From: Rebecca billardiae RCC1528
Taxonomy: Eukaryota > Protista > Haptophyta
DNA length: 64,000 bases
NCBI GenBank assembly: GCA_965240325.2
Contig: OZ251228.1
Coordinates: 2,418,001 to 2,482,000 of the forward strand
Direction of reading: 5' to 3'
Made by a program: the position numbers and the translations under genes. Under the pieces are notes generated by a model that worked only from the letters and a program-made list of their open reading frames with translations, searched no databases and was not told the DNA's origin. Of the stretch, positions 57,371-64,000 are shown piece after piece (position 1 is the stretch's first letter; the number at the start of each line of letters is the position of its first letter).

Positions 57371-59899
57371 ATAATAACCGGATGAAGGCTCTGTAAGGAT
57401 GACCGCGTTCCGCGGTCCTTTTCCGTAGAACGAACGTAGTTCGGGGCCCGCGGTGGCGGTGCACCCTCCGTCGCAGTCGTCCCGTACACGTGTAACTAGA
57501 CTCCATCCAGCGGCGCGCCGCCCCAGCGCCGCGCCGCCGCCGGCGTGCGCCGAGTGTGGATGTCCGGGTCGTCGGCCGAGCTGCCCTCATCACAGACGGC
57601 CGCCTTGACCTGACCCCCTGCGCGTGCGCGACGGCCGACAGGCGGATGCGACTCGGCGTGATCGACGCACGAGCGCGACTCTTGCACGCCAGGCCACCGG
57701 CGGAGCTGACTGACAGCCAGGGAGCCGGACGGCGCGGGACCGCGCGGATTCGACCGTTCGTTCGGGCCTGCCGCTGACCGTCGTCGCCGCGACGCCAGCA
57801 GCGCAGGAGTAGATGATCTGCAGGTCAGTAGGGTTCGACCTGCGCGCCTGCGCGACGGCCGACAGGCGGGCGCGAGGCGTGAGCGACGCATGAGCGCGAC
57901 TCTACGTGCACACCAGGCACCACGCGGCCGAGCTGACTGACCGCGAGCCAGGGAGCACGGTGCGAGCAGCCATGCAGCACCGGTGCTTGCGCGCGCCGCG
58001 CGTGCACGGGGTGACACACCTCGGTCAGGCTCGGCACGCGTCGCAGAGGCACGGCCAGCTCTGGGCACGCCAGGCGCCCAGGCCACGCGGAGCTGACAGC
58101 CACGGGGAGCCGACGGCGGCGCGCGGGGCCGCGGCCAGTTCCGAGTTCGACTCTTGCGCCTGCCGCTCTGAAGAAGAGTTCTGGGAGACCCTGGCGGAGA
58201 GGCATGGCAAGGGGGGCGTGTGGTGAAGTCGGAGACTCAGAGATCGATCAGTCCGGCATCATGCGCCGCTGCCCCCGAGCTTGCGAGAGCCCGAACACAG
58301 GGCGGCGGCTGCGGCGGCGCGGCGGCGCGGCCGCGCGGCCGGCCGCGCAGGCATCGACAGGGCGCGGCAGGGGCGTGCGGAGTGACTAGTGAGCGGGCAC
58401 GAACGCGATGTCGACGGCCGTCGGGACCCGCCGCAGACGCGCGCTCCAGGCGCCACTCGGCACTCGCCACAGCGCACCTGCCCATCGAGCGCCCCCTTGC
58501 GGACCAACCGAAGAGTCGTCGCGGCTCGCTCGCCACCCCAGAAGAAACCTGCACACGTCGTCCTTCACTCACTAGTAGGTGGGTCCCTCCCAACTGGGGC
58601 GATATTCTGGCGCACTCAGAATGACGTCCTAGATTTTGTCTCTCACCCAGAATCGACGCTATAAATGCGTCCCATCGGGGCGGAGCAAAAGTTTCGACCT
58701 CAAAACCTACTCCGCGTGCCGTCGCGCGGCCGAGCGCGCGCGCGCCGCGCCAGTAGTGTCACATAGAGATTTTGCGAAGCGTTACTTCATGGTTATGGTG
58801 GCTAGATGGCGACATGCGATCGGAATTACTTATTGACAACCGTTGACACCCGACCGAACCATTTTATGAAGCAAAGAGTGGGGCTCTATGCTGTGCGCTG
58901 ATACCTCCAACAAACTACAGCAAGATCGAGCATCTTACCCACTTCATATATAGCCACTTACCCGTATATAGTATGGGAGTTACCCACTTTATATTGACCG
59001 TGGATGCGGTTCACTATATATTCAAATTCGTTCCGATATGTGGGTACGTTTGTTGGGTCATCGAATAGGCGCCGAGCGACGCGAACACAGGCAACCCGGG
59101 CCGCAACCGGACTGCCTGCGAGTGGCAGCAGTGTTTGTGGCGGGCTGCGTGCCGAGGCACACACCATCGCCCGCCACCGAGCATGCCACCGTCGTCACAC
59201 GGGAGCCCTCCGCCGTCGAGGCTGGACTATCAGCCAACGCCACCGCCGGAGCTTGCCGCGTTTGGCGGCTTCCGTGCTCGTACTCCGCGTGTCACCGGTC
59301 GTCGTATGCCCACCCGCGTGAGGCCGCCACCAGTCCATGACTACCGCAGCTGCAGCCCATGCCGCCGACGATGCCTCCTACCATCTTCTCGCCAGGCAGC
59401 AATACGATAGGTTCACCGACGCTGCTGCTAGGCTGAGAGCACTCAGCCAGTTGGCCGGCGAGACGTCAGATGGTTGAGAGCTGCTGGCCTAGCCATCACG
59501 TTGCGGCTTCCGCTCGCTCAAGTACACCCAACGTGACGACGAGAACGTGCCGGGCAATCATCAGACATGCGTCTGAGGGGTCTACTACGCCTAGCCGTAG
59601 AGTTGCTGAGTACGAGTCTTCGCAGACCACAAGCGGAACGAGTGGGACCACCCAATGGCAGGAGCAACAGCGTGGGGTGGCACCCGCGCCTGTCAACGCG
59701 ACCGCGTTCTGTCAAGAATGGACCCATATCCTGCGACCACCCTCGAGCACCGCATACTATGCCCACACTCGGCATAGGGAAGGATCGCTGAGCGCCTGCT
59801 GCCGCTGTCAAAGGCCCTGCTGATCTTCCTGGCGCTGGATCGTGCACACGGATGGCAAGTCGGCGTGCTCGCCGCACATCGCGGCGGCTTCTCAGCATC

Positions 59900-60100
59900 C
59901 CAAGTCCTCAGTGCACCCATCCTAGGCCTGCTGGTCGATGATTGGTACCAACCCCCACCAAACACGCCCTCTCGGAAGTCGCCAATCGCTTACATGGCTC
60001 CCCGAGAGCCCGGGGCTGGCTGTCGTGCGTTCTCACGAGCAGCTTGCGCACAGCCCAAATGTCACCTTCACGGTGCGTTGAGCTGCTCAAGATGGCGGGA
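59900..60100 (+). pseudogene. Possible decayed hAT-transposase dimerization-domain fragment
   Basis: Frame-broken peptides LLVDDWY / HALSEVANRLHGSPRA / CRAFSRAA / CVLTSSLRTAQMSPSRCVELL resemble the hATC pattern W..L...A.rll..P.....ER.FS....l...R..ls...e.l. Confidence 0.3.
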
Positions 60101-60527
60101 GCGTCAAGAGCATGCCCGTGCACGACACTGACCCATGCCTCCCGTCGCCTGACCCGCATGTGGCAAAAACTGACCCTGCTCGAAGGCACGGGTCGAACAC
60201 CCGCCGATCGATTCAAGTTGTCTGTACGCGTCTAGCCGGGCGAGAGTCAAACATGCGGGCACGTGCCAGGCGGGGGATGTGTGACCACGGATCCCATCCG
60301 TGAGCACGCGCAAAGCGCTGGAGCGCGCGATAGGTGTTGGCTGTGGTCTACCCGACACACGGCGGCTCGGTCGCGCTGGAGAGGCGCTCCGACATCGTCG
60401 GGAGCGTTCAGATCGGGACCTCGGCCGGCGGCCCGGCGATTTTCCCGAGCCGCGCCCGCGCGAAAAGAAATCAGGCCAGAAAACCCGGCGTACAGTTTAC
60501 TAAGAATAAGAGACGCACACAGCTCAG

Positions 60528-62024
60528 GCAGGCGAGATTGACGCCCGCAAAAAACTGTGCCCTGGCGGGCGGGGGGGTCGGCGGGCCGTGCCAGTGCTGT
60601 CGCAATGTATCCTTTGCGGGTTGCCCCCGCCGGGTTCGCGTCTTTTCACATTCGCTCGTGGCCGTGGGTGACGGACCGAGTCGAGTGCAAGGACCAGTGA
60701 CACGTGAAGTTGGCTCCCCGACGTGATGTACACACGTTTCACGGTCTGTACTCTTAGAGTATTGTATGCGCATCAGCGAGGCCCACACCCACGAGGGAAT
60801 GTGCAGCACGCGGGGCGGGGCGGGTAGCCCGTTGCTCCGCGCGAGCGCGGGTACGCGTTGTATGTGCCGCATATCGACCGCGATGGCGTAATCGAGCGCC
60901 TCGCCGCCGTGGGCTCGGCGCAGGTCGCGTTGACGTCGTACACGGCCACCACGCTGAGCACGAGCGCGTTGACGTTCACGCGGTCGTCGCTCTTCGCATC
61001 TTCGACAGGTCTGGCGCTCGCGTGCTCGGCGGCACGAGGAGCTGTTGGTTGTGCGCGCGCGCGCGCACAGCGACAGCGTGTGCACTCGCGATCGAGAGTG
61101 GGCAAGCGCTGCTCACGCGAGCACACGAATCGCAGCGCATCCGTCACCGGCGTGACGACTTCCGCCTCGTCCCGCAGCGCCTGCGCCATGGACGAGGCCA
61201 TGGCGCGGCGATGTTGCATGCTCGACGTTTCATCTCTCTGCGGATGGCATCACGGGCTTGTCTGTGTCGCGCTGCGGCGAGGGTCGCCAACTCGCGACGA
61301 CGCGGTTGCTGCCACGGCGACAGACCCGGGAGGTGCGTCCGCTGCGCGTCGTACGCCGTTGGCGCTGCGCTTCCGTCGCATTGGTCACCGTCGACGCCAT
61401 GCAGGCCGGACGTGGGCTTCGGCTGAGGGACCGGACCGCGAGCACTGACTGAGTCCGGTGCGCGGATTCCGGCGATCGAGTTCAGAAGGCCGCGCCAAAT
61501 CTTGCGTCGCGTGCGATGGCGCTTCCCGCCCGCGAGACGCCTCGTGATGAGGGCTTTCTCGCACCGAGCCCGACGCGCGACGGTGGATCGCGCGAGGCGG
61601 TCATCGTGCGCAGCGCATGATGCTATGGCCGGTGCGAGCTTTCGACGTGCACGTCGGGCGAGGATCGCCCCAGGTCGCGCGATCGTGTCGACGCGCCGAG
61701 CGTACCGCTCCAAACGTGTCGATTTAGCCCCCGTTCGACCTGCACGCGAGACGACGAGGGCAGCAAACGCGAATCGGGCGAAAACCCGTCTAGGGAATCC
61801 TCGCGCAATGTCCACGCCGGCGTTGGATTTGGCGCGCGCCGCCCATGCGCTCCGCGCCATGGGCGAACCACTTTTCGGCCCAGCGTCCCCAGTGGGAGCT
61901 GCGAGGGCGCCCGGTAGTGAGCGAGGCGATTTTCTTTTCACTGCGAGGCGATTTTCTTTTTTCCTTTTGTTTTTCTTATCTTTTTCCCGGGCACTACAAG
62001 GGGCGGACCTACGGCCCGCCATAA
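60528..62024 (-). mobile_element. Helentron/DINE-like element, family A copy 2 (complete), nested in family B copy 3
   Basis: 5' TTATGGCGGGCCGT (62011-62024), inverted subTIR 60580-60589, 3' hairpin GCGGGCG-TCAATCT-CGCCTGC at 60528-60548. Confidence 0.65.
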
Positions 62025-62709
62025 TGTTAAAAGACCGCTGGAAAATCGCCAGGGACCCACCTAGTCCTTGCGACGGCGGCAGGTTTTGAGCTCGCCAGCT
62101 CGGTAAGTCAGTGACTATGGAATGGGCTGGCAACGAATAGCTGCGCGGGTATTTTCAATAAGGCTTGCGGGTTTTAGACTCTAGATACCAACCGCCGCGA
62201 AGCCAAGTTCATATTCATCAAGGCGGAGGCAAACTACGAGACGGAAAGATCGCTCGTACCGAGATAATATTGAGATGTTCGCGGCTCGGCGGCTCCTCTG
62301 CCTTCGCGAAGCCTATCCCTTGCCTTGCCGTTTTTATCGGTTGGCGGTTGGCGGCAATCTCATACTTAAAATCGCGCTCGTAACGAACCGTTACACTAAT
62401 GTCACGTCCAGCTGACGTCCAGATCGCACTTTACTTAAGGGAATCAGCTGGGCGCGCTTTTTTTCGGCCTAATAGACCTCTCTATGCGATCTCAAAAACT
62501 CGAAACTCGGTCTCCGCCAGCCCTAAAAATCGCCCCCCGTCCCTTTTTTCTTGATCAAAGATCTTTTTGAAACGTGGTTCGGGCCCGCTGGTGCGGGCTC
62601 CACGCTGCGCGCTCCGCCCTGCACCGCGGGCCATAACTACAATCACGGCGCGTTGCCAGTGATACCGTGTTACCGCGAAGCGCGCGGCGCACCTCATCTG
62701 GGCCTGGCT

Positions 62710-64000
62710 CTATGGGCCATGCAGGCTCCTCAGCTGCGGCAGGTTGGAGGTGCCGACTGAGCTGACGACGGGCGGGCTGCTGGAGGCCGCCGCGCCGCCG
62801 TAGTGCTTCACGGGGCGCTCCCACGGCGCCGTGCCGTCCGCGGCGCCATGCCCCGCCGTGCGCAGGCTGCGCGCCCGCTCCTGCGCCCCGCCTGCACGGC
62901 CGCCGTGCCCCGCGCCACTGGGCGAGCTGTTCCGTGGCGGGCTCTGGCCGCGCAAGACGCGCAGCCGCGCGCGCTCGCGCAGCTCGCGCGGCGACGGCAG
63001 CGCGCCGTAGCTGATGGGCACGTCGTGCAGGGCGGGCTCGAAGGTGAGCGCGCTGGCCGTGAGCTTGGCCCTCAAGGCCTGCTTCGTCGGCATGATGGGC
63101 GGCAGCGAGCTCGAGCCGCTCGGGCTGGCCGCCGGGGCGCGCGTGTTGGATCGGCTGGGGGCGCCACCACCGCCTCCCGGCCTCGCGCCCGGCCCGCCCG
63201 CGGCCTCGCGCTGCGCCGCGCGCATCTGCTGCTGCGCGCGCCGGCGCTCGCGCGACCAGTGCGTCGCGGGGAAGCGCTCGGGCGCGTTCCTCTTCTCCGC
63301 GTGCTGCCGCCGGATCTTGGCGAGCTTCTCGCTGCGGCGCTCGTTCTCGCGGAGCGACTTGAGGTACAGCTGCCGCCGCTCGAGCGCGCTGTCCGACATG
63401 ACGGTGCGGAGCAGCCCGGAGCGCCTGTACGCGGAGGAGAGCAGCGAGAACGGGATCACCGTCTCGGGCTTGTGCCGCACCGCCGCCACCGACGTCGGGC
63501 CGGACATCGCCGCGACGAACTCCTCGAAGCTGACCTCGCCCGAGCCGTCCGCGTCGACCGCGCGCACCATCTGCTGCAGCTCGGAGCGCGGGAGCTCCAG
63601 GCCGAGCTCTCGCAGCGCGGTGAGCAGCTCGGCGGTGGAGATCGTGCCCGAGCCGTCCGCGTCCATCAGCTGGAAGCAGTCCCACAGCATGATCTGGTCG
63701 TCTTCGGACAGCTGCGTGCGCACGGTGCGGCCGGTCGAGGCCATCCACGCGCGCGCCTGCAGGTCGCGCACCTGCTCGGCCGCGGAGGAGTGGCGCGTCT
63801 TGACGCGCGAGGAGCGGCCGGAGCGGTGCGAGCGTAGGGGAGCGAGCGCCTGCTCCAGCTCCAGCGGCGGGTTTGGCAGCGGCTCGTCCTCGAGCACGTC
63901 GCCAAAGTCCAGCTCGGACACGTGCACGCGCATCATGGCATCAATGGACACGGCCTGCTCGCCCCTCGGGGGCGGGGTCGCGCCGTCTGCCGCGGGGCTG
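62710..64000 (-). CDS. EF-hand (centrin/calmodulin-like pair) protein, probably 5' partial
   Basis: CFQLMDADGSGTISTAEL and VDADGSGEVSFEEF; the frame stays open to the window end. Confidence 0.85.
   Translation of the reverse strand, partial: SPAADGATPPPRGEQAVSIDAMMRVHVSELDFGDVLEDEPLPNPPLELEQALAPLRSHRSGRSSRVKTRHSSAAEQVRDLQARAWMASTGRTVRTQLSEDDQIMLWDCFQLMDADGSGTISTAELLTALRELGLELPRSELQQMVRAVDADGSGEVSFEEFVAAMSGPTSVAAVRHKPETVIPFSLLSSAYRRSGLLRTVMSDSALERRQLYLKSLRENERRSEKLAKIRRQHAEKRNAPERFPATHWSRERRRAQQQMRAAQREAAGGPGARPGGGGGAPSRSNTRAPAASPSGSSSLPPIMPTKQALRAKLTASALTFEPALHDVPISYGALPSPRELRERARLRVLRGQSPPRNSSPSGAGHGGRAGGAQERARSLRTAGHGAADGTAPWERPVKHYGGAAASSSPPVVSSVGTSNLPQLRSLHGP

Larger units (their letters stand above)
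57401..62636 (-). mobile_element. Helentron/DINE-like element, family B copy 3 (5.2 kb, with nested insertions)
   Basis: 5' subTIR 62620-62632, hairpin 57401-57417. 57401-58555 matches 55557-56725, 62068-62237 matches 56729-56898, and 62490-62636 matches 57047-57195. Confidence 0.7.

Overview
Very GC-rich eukaryotic DNA with GT-AG introns (mostly GTGCG/GTGTG donors), probably a microalga; a Pavlovales-type haptophyte is my inference from composition and gene content. The left half (1-31 kb) is gene-dense. It holds a large minus-strand gene, cut by the window start, that fuses a lumenal KRE6/SKN1-type GH16 transglycosylase, EGF-like and X8/CBM43-like modules and one TM helix to an FKS1/callose-synthase (GT48) beta-1,3-glucan synthase. 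It also holds NEDD1, a PhyH-like 2OG-Fe(II) dioxygenase, a coiled-coil protein, two membrane proteins and an EPG5-like gene with two LSD1-type zinc fingers, preceded by a ~405-bp near-perfect inverted repeat. The right half (31-64 kb) is repeat-rich: a 6.4-kb foldback element built from 214-bp tandem units, two Helentron/DINE-1-like non-autonomous families (subTIR plus 3' hairpin, different cargo, nested), palindromic elements and microsatellites. Genes there encode an AP2-domain protein, a RING/EF-hand protein, COX10, an SGNH-like secreted protein and an EF-hand protein. All calls come from manual translation and motif recognition; no database search was run.
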